In this document: piece after piece, positions 36,694-45,565 of the stretch
Position numbering within the stretch: position 1 is the stretch's first letter
Layout of the letters: every line of letters begins with the position of its first letter
Assembly (NCBI GenBank): GCA_030622635.1
Contig: JAUXFX010000003.1
Span: 1 to 45,565, forward strand
Origin: Bacteroidota bacterium
GTDB taxonomy: Bacteria; Bacteroidota; Bacteroidia; Bacteroidales; JADFUO01
Direction of reading: 5' to 3'
Length of the DNA stretch: 45,565 bases
The notes under the pieces: model-generated
Told to the model about the DNA's origin: nothing
The model's database searches: none
Seen by the model: the letters and a program-made list of their open reading frames with translations, nothing else
Program-made: the position numbers and the translations under genes

Positions 36694-36720
36694 CAACCTG
36701 AAACCTAAAACCTGAAACAA
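36694..36720. repeat. Short 7-bp tandem repeat (AAACCTR)
   Basis: caacctg aaaccta aaacctg aaacaa. Confidence 0.6.
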
Positions 36721-36725
36721 ATATC

Positions 36726-37601
36726 ATGTCCAAACGAATAAATTTTACGAAACTTATTCTGTTAGTACGTAAATATTATTTGCCAGTATTTTTTTTTATC
36801 ACATCGTTTTTGTTGTTTTCATGCAGTATTGAAAGAAAAATTGCAAAACAATACATTGAACTGAACAAGCCCGGTTCAATGCTTATCCTTATCCCGGATT
36901 ATGTTTACAAGAACAGCCTTAAGCAGTTTGAAATTGAAAATGCCGATAGCCTTAATGAGTGGACATTAGACTCCACTTTATTTGCAAACAGCCATTATAT
37001 TCAGAATATATCAGATTCAATTATTTTGAAAAAATTCATAGATAATATGATAAGTGGCTTGAAACAATATGGCTTTAAAATCTTTACTGAAAGCCAAACT
37101 GATACTTTTATGCTTATCTCACCACCGTCATTTATTGTAAATATTGCCCAGATAGAACTTGAGGAATATATTATGCCTGTGAGAGATGAAGAATTTTTTA
37201 ATGATGGCGATCTTTATTATATGGAATTTGACCTGAATGCTGTAAATATTAATTCATGGTTTGAAATAACAGAGTTGAATACACAAGATCAGGAAAGTAA
37301 AATTTTATTTACAAGTGATTATACCTTTGATGATATTGAGGGCAGTTTCAGGCAAATGCCTTTTACGTGGGAGGTTAAATATAAATATACAATTGATACG
37401 CTTACAGTTGATGATATCTATGATTTTGCAGAGTTTTTAGGTGAAGAATATGCAGCTTATATTTATGATTATATTATGAATGAATACATAAAAAAGCACC
37501 TTCCAGAAAATATTTTGCCTGATTATTATTTTCATTATAACAGGCAAAGACAAAGTTTATTGCCTGTACTTGAAGATAAGTTTATTGAGATGAAGCCGTA
37601 A
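36726..37601 (+). CDS. Hypothetical lipoprotein
   Basis: Hydrophobic stretch ending LLFS-C; 291-aa ORF. Confidence 0.72.
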   Translation: MSKRINFTKLILLVRKYYLPVFFFITSFLLFSCSIERKIAKQYIELNKPGSMLILIPDYVYKNSLKQFEIENADSLNEWTLDSTLFANSHYIQNISDSIILKKFIDNMISGLKQYGFKIFTESQTDTFMLISPPSFIVNIAQIELEEYIMPVRDEEFFNDGDLYYMEFDLNAVNINSWFEITELNTQDQESKILFTSDYTFDDIEGSFRQMPFTWEVKYKYTIDTLTVDDIYDFAEFLGEEYAAYIYDYIMNEYIKKHLPENILPDYYFHYNRQRQSLLPVLEDKFIEMKP

Positions 37602-37633
37602 AGTTTTTATTTATTTATTCACTCACTTACATA

Positions 37634-38380
37634 GTGTCTACAAGAAAACTCAATATTTTGATAACACTATATAAAAATATTAATACAGGGAAAAAAGAGC
37701 AGGTTGTAGCAATGTTTGACAATATTGCCGGTAAGTATGATTTTTTAAATCATTTACTTTCAATAGGCATTGATAAGAATTGGAGAAAAAGAGCAATAAA
37801 AATCCTTAAAGAATTTAATCCTGAAAGCATTCTTGATGTTGCCACAGGAACCGGTGATTTTGCTATTGAGTCGATTAAATTAAATCCAAAGGAGGTAATT
37901 GGGATTGACATTTCACACGAAATGCTTAAAATCGGAGAAAAGAAAATAAAAAAAACAGGATTAGAAAATCTTGTGTCTTTTTATCCCGGAGATTCGGAAA
38001 AATTAAATTTTCAAGACCACCGCTTTGATGCCGTTATTGTAGCGTTCGGTGTGAGAAATTTTGAAAACCTGTCATCAGGAATTAATGAAATATTCAGAGT
38101 GATTAAACCCGGTGGAGTTTTTGTTGTACTTGAATTTTCAATACCCGGAAATTTTCCGGTTAAACAATTATTTAATTTTTATTTTTTTAAAATTCTTCCT
38201 GTTATTGGCAGAATTATATCAAAGGATAAATCGGCTTATAGTTATCTTCCTGCATCTGTCAAGGCTTTTCCTGACAGAGACGATTTTCTTTCCGTATTGA
38301 ATAGTGCAGGATTTGTTAATACAAAATATAAGCTGCAATCATTTGGTATTGCTGCAATATATTGGGGAACAAAAAATTGA
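37634..38380 (+). CDS. ubiE: Demethylmenaquinone methyltransferase (UbiE/MenG)
   Basis: MFDNIAGKYDFLNHLLS, LDVATGTGD, AFGVRN, LEFS, AYSYLP; start may be TTG at 37658. Confidence 0.94.
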   Translation: MSTRKLNILITLYKNINTGKKEQVVAMFDNIAGKYDFLNHLLSIGIDKNWRKRAIKILKEFNPESILDVATGTGDFAIESIKLNPKEVIGIDISHEMLKIGEKKIKKTGLENLVSFYPGDSEKLNFQDHRFDAVIVAFGVRNFENLSSGINEIFRVIKPGGVFVVLEFSIPGNFPVKQLFNFYFFKILPVIGRIISKDKSAYSYLPASVKAFPDRDDFLSVLNSAGFVNTKYKLQSFGIAAIYWGTKN

Positions 38381-38406
38381 AAAATATAATGTAATAAATC
38401 ATTTCC

Positions 38407-39429
38407 CTATTTAAAATATTCAGTCCTTGCATAAGGCACCGCTTTCTGGTCGGTAAAATCTTTTTTTAGAAATTTAAAGTATCCTGTAATGGCTATCATA
38501 GCTGCGTTGTCGGTTGTATATTCAAATTTGGGAATAAAAACCTTCCAGCCCAGTTCTTTTTCCGTGTTTTTAAGAGCTTCCCTGAGTTGAGAATTGGCTG
38601 AGACTCCTCCTGCTATTGCAATTTGTTTTATGCCCGTTTTTTTTGCTGCTGCTTTTAATTTTTTCATCAACACATTGATAATGGTTAATTGTATTGAAGC
38701 ACACAGGTCGGCTTGGTTTTGTTCAATGAACCTGGGGTTTTCTTTTAGCCTGTCTCTGATAAAATATAAAAATGATGTTTTTAAACCGCTAAAGCTAAAA
38801 TCCAGATCAGGGATGTCAGGTTCGGGAAATTTAAAAATATTCTGGTTGCCTTCCCGGGCGAATTTGTCAATTTCCGGTCCGCCGGGATAGGGGAGTCCGA
38901 GAATTTTCGCAGCTTTATCAAATGTTTCTCCTGCCGCATCATCAATAGTTTTCCCGATTATCTCCATGTCAAAATAATCCTTTACTATAACTATTTGAGT
39001 ATGACCTCCTGAAACTGTAAGACATAAAAAAGGAAATTCAGGTATTGAATTAGTTTCTTCATCTTCAATAAAATGTGCCAGAATATGCGCCTGCAGGTGA
39101 TCAACTTCAATCAACGGAATATTTAATCCTAGTGCAAAGGATTTTGCAAATGAAGTACCTACCAATAATGAACCAAGCAATCCCGGACCACGTGTAAAAG
39201 CAATTGCATTAAGCTGTTTTTTATTTATCTTTGCTTTTTTTAAGGCACTTTCAATTACAGGTATTATATTTTGCTGATGTGCCCTTGATGCTAATTCAGG
39301 AACAACACCACCATATTTTTTATGTACTTCCTGATTTGCAACAATATTGGCAAGAATTTTGGTGTTTTTTATAATTGCCGCAGAAGTGTCGTCACACGAA
39401 GACTCAATACTTAGAATAAAAGTGCTCAT
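38407..39429 (-). CDS. tsaD: tRNA N6-adenosine threonylcarbamoyltransferase
   Basis: ILSIESSCDDTS, GGVVPELASRAH, HLQAH, VSGGHT, DDAAGE, TDNAAMI; start moved to ATG 39429. Confidence 0.97.
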   Translation of the reverse strand: MSTFILSIESSCDDTSAAIIKNTKILANIVANQEVHKKYGGVVPELASRAHQQNIIPVIESALKKAKINKKQLNAIAFTRGPGLLGSLLVGTSFAKSFALGLNIPLIEVDHLQAHILAHFIEDEETNSIPEFPFLCLTVSGGHTQIVIVKDYFDMEIIGKTIDDAAGETFDKAAKILGLPYPGGPEIDKFAREGNQNIFKFPEPDIPDLDFSFSGLKTSFLYFIRDRLKENPRFIEQNQADLCASIQLTIINVLMKKLKAAAKKTGIKQIAIAGGVSANSQLREALKNTEKELGWKVFIPKFEYTTDNAAMIAITGYFKFLKKDFTDQKAVPYARTEYFK

Positions 39430-39442
39430 TGTAATTTGGTAA

Positions 39443-42400
39443 TTGTACAATTTTTTAAAGAACAAAGTTATTAAAAAAAGGATTAGAAGAATATTAATAT
39501 ATACTTTTATGGTAATTCTTGCATTACCGGTATCATTATATTTTCTTGTAAAAAACCCGTTTGTTCAGACATTTTTAGCACAATCTGCAGCTAATTATCT
39601 TTCCGGGGAATTACATACCGAAATCAAGATAGGAAGGGTGAAAATTTCAAATTTATTTGATATTGTTTTAGCCGATGTATTAGTTAAAGATTTGCACGAT
39701 AATACGATATTAAGTGTTAAAAATCTCAGTCTGAACATTCAGAAGCTGAAAATAAAAGACAACATTATAAAAGTAAACAAGCTGATTCTTGAAAAGTCCG
39801 AAATCGGATTAATAAAATACAAGGGTGATTCAACTATGAATTTTAATTTTATTATTGATTATTTTGATACAGGTAAATCATCTGAAGTTATTGATACATC
39901 TGAAAAAAAAGCTTGGAAGATTCAATGTAATATTTTGAAAATCAAAGATTCACGTTTTAAGTATCAGAATCAAGATAAAGATAATTCACGTGAAGGAATT
40001 AGTTTTACAGATTTAGATATATCCGGCTTAAATTTGGATTTCAGGAATATTGAAATTATTAATGACACTATCCGGGTAAAAATAAATAATTTATCATTAC
40101 AGGATACAAGTGGCTTTATAATCCAAAAATTGAAAGGTGATTTTATAGTAAATTCTCAACTGATTCAAGCCGACCACCTGAAAATTATTACTAATAATTC
40201 TGAACTTTCATTGAAATTTGCTTTTACTTATAAAGATATTAAAAGTTTTAATGATTTTTTAACCGATGTAAAAATCAAAACAACCATTGGAGCTTCGGTG
40301 TTAAATCTTCATGATATCGGATATTTTGCACCTGAGTTATTTGTAATGAATAATAAAATTAAGATTTCCGGTGATATTAAAGGGACAGTAAGTAATTTCA
40401 GGGCTAAAAACTTTAAGTTTTATTATGGTGATAAAACAAAATTTATAGGAAATATTGATTTGAATGGATTACCTGATATTAAAGAAACATTTATTCATGC
40501 AAGAGTTAAAGATTTTGCAATTAATAAAAATGATATTGAATCATTTTTGATTCCCGGAAAGGAAAATCATCTGAACATGCCTGAAGAACTACTTGCTTTT
40601 GGAAATATAAAAATTAGAGGAACATTTACTGGGTTTTATAATGATTTTGTATCTAATGCCGAATTTTCAACTGATATTGGTGAGTTTTCTACTGATGTGT
40701 TGTTAAAAGACAATAAAAAAACCGATACGGTTGAATATCAGGGGAAAATTACAGCTAATGATTTTGATATGGGAAAATTTCTGAATATCAGTGATTATTT
40801 TGGAAAATTAAATTTAAATATTGATATTAAAGGAAAAGGATTAACTGCCGAATCGGCAATAATTGATTTGAATGGAGTTGTTGATTCTTTAGATTTTAAG
40901 GGAATTAATTATAATGAAATTGATATTAAAGGAGAATTAGCTGATAAAAAATTCAGTGGTCGTCTTAATGTTCTGGATGATAATATTAATCTCAACTTTG
41001 AAGGCATGGTTGATTTTAGTAAGGAATTACCTGTGTTTGATTTTTCATCACAAATAAGAAATGCAAAATTATATCAGCTTAATTTATTGGACAGGGATTC
41101 AACTATTATGCTTTCAACAAATTTGAATATTAATTTTGTTGGTGATAATCTTGATGATATTCAGGGTAAAATTATGATTGACAGTACCTTTTATTATGAA
41201 AAAAATAAAAAACATTATCTTGATCATTTTGCATTGGTTACAAAAGTGGATACTAATAACCACAAAAACATACAATTACATTCTGATATAATTGATGTTG
41301 ACTTAAAAGGAGATTTTCTTTTTACAGAACTGTATCCATCATTTAAAAAATTATTTAGCAATTACATAGATGTTTACTACACTGATGCTAAAGATATGCC
41401 TGAAGATAGCTTGACTCAGAGCTTTGACTTTCAAGTCAATTTGAAAAACACGGCAAATGTCAGTGAATTATTTTACCCTGATCTATTAGTAACTCCAAAT
41501 ACTGAAGTTTCGGGAAGTTACAATTCAAGCCTGAATTCTTTGGCAATTAACGGAAATTCTTCATTAATAACTTATAAAGGGATTAAATTTGAAAATTGGT
41601 TTATTGAATGTAAATCAGAAAATGATGATTTTTTTATAAAAACAGGTAGTAAAAATATATTGTTTAAAGAATCAAATGAAACCGACAGCATTTCGCTGGG
41701 AGTTGAAAATACTGTCTTTAGTGCTAATATTCATCGCGACAGCATAATCTATAATATTTCATGGAACGACACTTCTGCTAATGACCGGAATATTGGTAAT
41801 ATCATCGGCTATGTTTACTTTATTGACAGCAATAGAATTAAAGCTAAAATTTCTCATGCTGAAATGATAATTAATGACACGGTATGGAAGATAAGTGAGG
41901 ATAATTTCATTGAGATTGATACATCTTCAATATTAGTTAAAGATTTTGAGGTAATGGGAGGTGATCGTCAAAAATTTGAAATTGACGGAATAATTTCAAA
42001 ATTACCAACTGATACTTTTAATTTAGAATTTAAAAATTGGGATTTCTCTAATTTTGATATACTTATTGGAAATGATAATCTTGATTTTGATGGAATTATT
42101 AACGGCGATTTAAGTTTAGCTAATCTGTATAATTCCCCGAATATTTTTTCCGATATTATAATTGATGATTTTGTTTTTAATGATGAAAAATTGGGAAATG
42201 CAAAATTAAAAACAAACTGGAATTACCAGCAAAATTCTTTATACACAAATATTGAAATTATTAATGTAGGAAATGTTGGTAAGAGTAAAACCTTATCATT
42301 GAATGGATATTATTATCCGGCTAAGGATTCAAATAATCTGGATTTTGAAATATCCTTGCAAAATTTTAAATTAAGAGCAGTTGATCCGTTTATTTCAGGT

Positions 42401-43942
42401 TTTATATCAAATTTAAAAGGAATAGCATCGGGTAATTTTAAGTTAAGCGGTTCAACATCAAAACCCGATTTAACGGGAAAACTTAAGCTGATGCGAACCG
42501 AATTCAAAATTGATTATCTTAACGTTGTTTATTCGCTTGCAAATGAAATTGATTTTAATAAAAATGAAATTGTTTTTAATGATATGGTTTTATACGATTC
42601 ATTAGGTAATCAGGCAATTTGTAGCGGAAGAATTACCCATAAGAATCTTAAAAACTTCAAATTTAATATTAATATCAAACCAAAGAATTTCTCCTGCCTT
42701 AATACGGACAGTTACTTAAACAGTGAATTTTATGGCCAGGCAAATATTAGCGGAGATATAAAAATTAATGGTCCCTTAAACAAGCTGGTGTTGAACGTTA
42801 CCGTAACTACAAATAAAGGAACTAATATTAAGATACCCATCAGTACTACTGCAGATGTATCTGAACAGAATTATATAATTTTTATTAATAAAAGTGATAC
42901 GGCATTAGAAAAACCAACTTATAATGTTAATACCTCCGGTATTACATTGAATTTTAAGTTGAATGTTACACCAGATGCAAAAATCCAGTTATTTCTTCCG
43001 TCACAAATAGGTACTATTAAAGCTGATGGGAATGGAAATATAAACTTATCAATAAATCCTCAAGGCGATTTTCGGATAGTCGGTGATTATGTGATAAAAG
43101 AAGGGGTATTTCATTTTACTCTGCAAAATTTAGTAAACAAGCGATTTAGTATTATTGAAGGTGGGAAGATTTCCTGGACAGGCAGCCCCTATGATTCTGA
43201 GGTAGATTTAAAAGCATTATACAAGGTAAAAACATCGCTTGACGGTTTAGGACCGGAAATGGATTCTACAGTCAATTATGGCAGACGTGTATATGTTGAT
43301 TGTATTCTCGGATTAAAGGGTAAGCTTTTTGACCCTGATATTCACTTTAGTATCTTATTACCAAATGCGGATGAGACAACCCGTCAAATGGTTTATTCAG
43401 TTCTTGATACAACTAATGAGGCAGAAATGAATCAACAAATGTTATCTTTATTAGTGCTTGGAAGCTTTAGTTATAATACAACTGCAACACCATCATTGGA
43501 AGCATCATCATATAAATTAATTTCCAATCAGTTAAGCAATTGGCTGTCGCAAATTAGTAAGGATTTTGATATAGGTATAAACTATGTCCCGGGTAATCAA
43601 GTGTCAGATGAAGAACTTGAAGTGGCGCTTTCCACACAATTATTTAATGACAGGGTTTCTATTGATGGAAGTTTTGGTATTACAGGTGAAAAAACTGCTG
43701 ATAATGCAAGTAATATTGTTGGTGATGTAAATGTTGAAGTTAAATTAACCGAAGACGGAAGATTCAGGGTTAGAGCTTTTAACAGGTCAAATGCTAATTC
43801 AGCATACGATATTTATTCTTACGATCAAAGTTCTCCATATACACAAGGAGTCGGAATATTTTACAGAAAAGAATTTAACAGTTTTGCTGAAATTTTTCAA
43901 CGACAGAAACCTAAGAAACCGAAGAAAAAGAAGAAGAAATAA
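39443..43942 (+). CDS. tamB: Translocation/assembly module TamB family protein
   Basis: 1499 aa, N-terminal TM anchor plus FVQT motif, beta-taco repeats, C-terminal DUF490-like region (GKISWTGSPY, QMLSLLVLGSF, QGVGIFYRKEF); divergent from tsaD; start codon uncertain. Confidence 0.88.
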   Translation: MYNFLKNKVIKKRIRRILIYTFMVILALPVSLYFLVKNPFVQTFLAQSAANYLSGELHTEIKIGRVKISNLFDIVLADVLVKDLHDNTILSVKNLSLNIQKLKIKDNIIKVNKLILEKSEIGLIKYKGDSTMNFNFIIDYFDTGKSSEVIDTSEKKAWKIQCNILKIKDSRFKYQNQDKDNSREGISFTDLDISGLNLDFRNIEIINDTIRVKINNLSLQDTSGFIIQKLKGDFIVNSQLIQADHLKIITNNSELSLKFAFTYKDIKSFNDFLTDVKIKTTIGASVLNLHDIGYFAPELFVMNNKIKISGDIKGTVSNFRAKNFKFYYGDKTKFIGNIDLNGLPDIKETFIHARVKDFAINKNDIESFLIPGKENHLNMPEELLAFGNIKIRGTFTGFYNDFVSNAEFSTDIGEFSTDVLLKDNKKTDTVEYQGKITANDFDMGKFLNISDYFGKLNLNIDIKGKGLTAESAIIDLNGVVDSLDFKGINYNEIDIKGELADKKFSGRLNVLDDNINLNFEGMVDFSKELPVFDFSSQIRNAKLYQLNLLDRDSTIMLSTNLNINFVGDNLDDIQGKIMIDSTFYYEKNKKHYLDHFALVTKVDTNNHKNIQLHSDIIDVDLKGDFLFTELYPSFKKLFSNYIDVYYTDAKDMPEDSLTQSFDFQVNLKNTANVSELFYPDLLVTPNTEVSGSYNSSLNSLAINGNSSLITYKGIKFENWFIECKSENDDFFIKTGSKNILFKESNETDSISLGVENTVFSANIHRDSIIYNISWNDTSANDRNIGNIIGYVYFIDSNRIKAKISHAEMIINDTVWKISEDNFIEIDTSSILVKDFEVMGGDRQKFEIDGIISKLPTDTFNLEFKNWDFSNFDILIGNDNLDFDGIINGDLSLANLYNSPNIFSDIIIDDFVFNDEKLGNAKLKTNWNYQQNSLYTNIEIINVGNVGKSKTLSLNGYYYPAKDSNNLDFEISLQNFKLRAVDPFISGFISNLKGIASGNFKLSGSTSKPDLTGKLKLMRTEFKIDYLNVVYSLANEIDFNKNEIVFNDMVLYDSLGNQAICSGRITHKNLKNFKFNINIKPKNFSCLNTDSYLNSEFYGQANISGDIKINGPLNKLVLNVTVTTNKGTNIKIPISTTADVSEQNYIIFINKSDTALEKPTYNVNTSGITLNFKLNVTPDAKIQLFLPSQIGTIKADGNGNINLSINPQGDFRIVGDYVIKEGVFHFTLQNLVNKRFSIIEGGKISWTGSPYDSEVDLKALYKVKTSLDGLGPEMDSTVNYGRRVYVDCILGLKGKLFDPDIHFSILLPNADETTRQMVYSVLDTTNEAEMNQQMLSLLVLGSFSYNTTATPSLEASSYKLISNQLSNWLSQISKDFDIGINYVPGNQVSDEELEVALSTQLFNDRVSIDGSFGITGEKTADNASNIVGDVNVEVKLTEDGRFRVRAFNRSNANSAYDIYSYDQSSPYTQGVGIFYRKEFNSFAEIFQRQKPKKPKKKKKK

Positions 43943-43979
43943 TATCATTAAGTCAAACATACATGAAACTAACATGAAA

Positions 43980-43999
43980 CCGACGGGTTAACCCGTCGG
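43980..43999. repeat. Perfect 20-bp palindrome, REP-like or terminator
   Basis: CCGACGGGTTAACCCGTCGG; GC-rich, intergenic, no U-tract; preceded by ACATGAAAC x2. Confidence 0.7.
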
Positions 44000-44041
44000 C
44001 TCACACTGGGATATGATTATTTTTTACAAATATAAACAAAC

Positions 44042-45403
44042 ATGAAAAAATTTACATTGATTATTTTTATAACCGGCTTAATAAGCATGGTAGCATTATC
44101 GCAAATTACTATTACCACTGATGACATGCCGAATATTGATGATACAATTCGGTTAAGTTCAACTGTTTTTGTTCAAGGTATTGATTATACTGAAACCGGT
44201 GAAGATTATACATGGGACTTTTCAAGTCTTTTGCCATTATCACAGCAGGTTGACACTTTTGTAAGTGTTACTTCAACTCCTCTTCTGTATCAGATTGTTT
44301 TTATCCCTTATATCATATCAAATATAGCTTCTCCTATCGGTGAAATTGATTTTATTCCAAACTTTGAATTTACTGATATTTATCAGTTCTATAAGAATAC
44401 AGATACAGAATATAAGGATGTTGGATTTGCTTTTTCTTTTAATGAAATTCCTATTCCGGTAAAATATGATGATCCTGACATCCTGTATGAATTTCCAATG
44501 AATATGAGTAATGTTGATTCTTCCGAATCAAGTTTTGAATTTGAATTGAGTGGTTTGATTTATATTTCAAGTTATAAAAAACGTGTAAATACTGTTGATG
44601 GATGGGGAACTTTAATAACACCTTATGGTTCGTTTCAAACACTGCGTATAAAGTCAGAAATTGAACAATACGACAGTATTTATATTGATTCATTAGGTAT
44701 TGGATTTCCTGTTTACAGGGAAATAACCGAATATAAGTGGCTTGGAAATAATTTTGGATTACCATTATTGCAAATTAATGAAGAAGGCTTTGCTTTAAGT
44801 GTAAATTATATTGATTCGGCTCGAATATCTTATGCACCTCCTGCACCAAATGCAATAGCAGCTACAAATATTACACAAACAAGTTTTGATGCTAATTGGG
44901 AAACTTCAATATTTGCTGAAGGTTATTATCTTGATGTTGCAACCGACACAGGTTTTACAAGTTTTGTTTTAGGATATGAAAACCTAAATGTTGAAAATGT
45001 TGCAACTTACAATGTTTCAGGCTTAAGTGCAAATACCGGCTTTTATTATAGACTAAGAGCTTATAATGCAGGAGGTACAAGCGGAAATTCAAATGTTATT
45101 ACTGTAACTACAATTTCTGATATAAATGAACTTAAATATAAGTTGCTCAATATTAATGTTTATCCAAATCCTTGTGATGATATAATTACACTTGAATACA
45201 ATCTTCACGAGCCTTCTAAGGTAAATATTTCGTTATATTCAATAATTGGCTATGAAATTAAAAATTTGATTAATACTTCCAAATCAGCAGGAATACACAA
45301 AGAATTATTTAATCTTAAGAAATTAAATATATCCTCCGGAGAATATTTATTTAGGATAATAATTGATGATGCTATTTATATAAAAACAATTATAGTTAAC
45401 TAA
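44042..45403 (+). CDS. T9SS type A cargo protein with fibronectin type III domain
   Basis: Signal peptide, TGEDYTWDFS, VDGWGTLITPYG, FN3 (SFDANW...YYLDVA...SGLSANTGFYYRLRAYN), CTD VYPNP...GEYLFRI. Confidence 0.9.
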   Translation: MKKFTLIIFITGLISMVALSQITITTDDMPNIDDTIRLSSTVFVQGIDYTETGEDYTWDFSSLLPLSQQVDTFVSVTSTPLLYQIVFIPYIISNIASPIGEIDFIPNFEFTDIYQFYKNTDTEYKDVGFAFSFNEIPIPVKYDDPDILYEFPMNMSNVDSSESSFEFELSGLIYISSYKKRVNTVDGWGTLITPYGSFQTLRIKSEIEQYDSIYIDSLGIGFPVYREITEYKWLGNNFGLPLLQINEEGFALSVNYIDSARISYAPPAPNAIAATNITQTSFDANWETSIFAEGYYLDVATDTGFTSFVLGYENLNVENVATYNVSGLSANTGFYYRLRAYNAGGTSGNSNVITVTTISDINELKYKLLNINVYPNPCDDIITLEYNLHEPSKVNISLYSIIGYEIKNLINTSKSAGIHKELFNLKKLNISSGEYLFRIIIDDAIYIKTIIVN

Positions 45404-45565
45404 ATGAAATCCCGATTCAGCAGGGAATAATACATGCTGTAACTTCCTCTAATTATTTTCGTCTAAAAAAATGAAGTGAATACTTTATTTCCTTGTTCGC
45501 TTGTGAACATAAATAATCAAAAAACGAACAGTTTTATATAAAAAAATATTTACAAAACGGTTTTA

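Noticed and set aside
6297-37651. TAGTGTCT(G/A)CAA...AAACT motifs at about 6297 and 37632 resembling the MITE left end
   Set aside because: Only short matches with no paired right end; could be chance in AT-rich DNA.
271-44765. Numerous 60-140 aa antisense or alternate-frame ORFs inside long genes (e.g. 9354-9761, 10065-10484, 33723-34061)
   Set aside because: Shadow ORFs fully overlapping well-supported genes, with no independent evidence.

Overview
An AT-rich chromosomal window from a Bacteroidota genome, probably Bacteroidales-like. Support comes from T9SS C-terminal domains, TAnnTTTG -7 promoter boxes, and guaA-LysM and tsaD/tamB gene pairs. About 30 genes are present. Housekeeping genes (lpdA, rfbC, uvrA, guaA, parC, menG/ubiE, tsaD, tamB) are mixed with envelope and secreted proteins and two degraded genes. 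No rRNA, tRNA, CRISPR array or transposase was found. Two things stand out. (1) An accessory locus at 27.6-31.0 kb encodes a signal-peptide-less clan CD (legumain/caspase-fold) cysteine protease with an Ada-like Zn-binding tail. It is preceded by a small gene that is a stand-alone paralog of the protease's own N-terminal domain, which makes the pair a candidate protease/regulator system. (2) Many intergenic spacers carry 7-9 bp tandem repeat arrays, often facing each other as long imperfect hairpins. Tiny palindromic or REP-like modules and a MITE-like element are nested in them. Family assignments come from motif recognition by eye, not from database searches.
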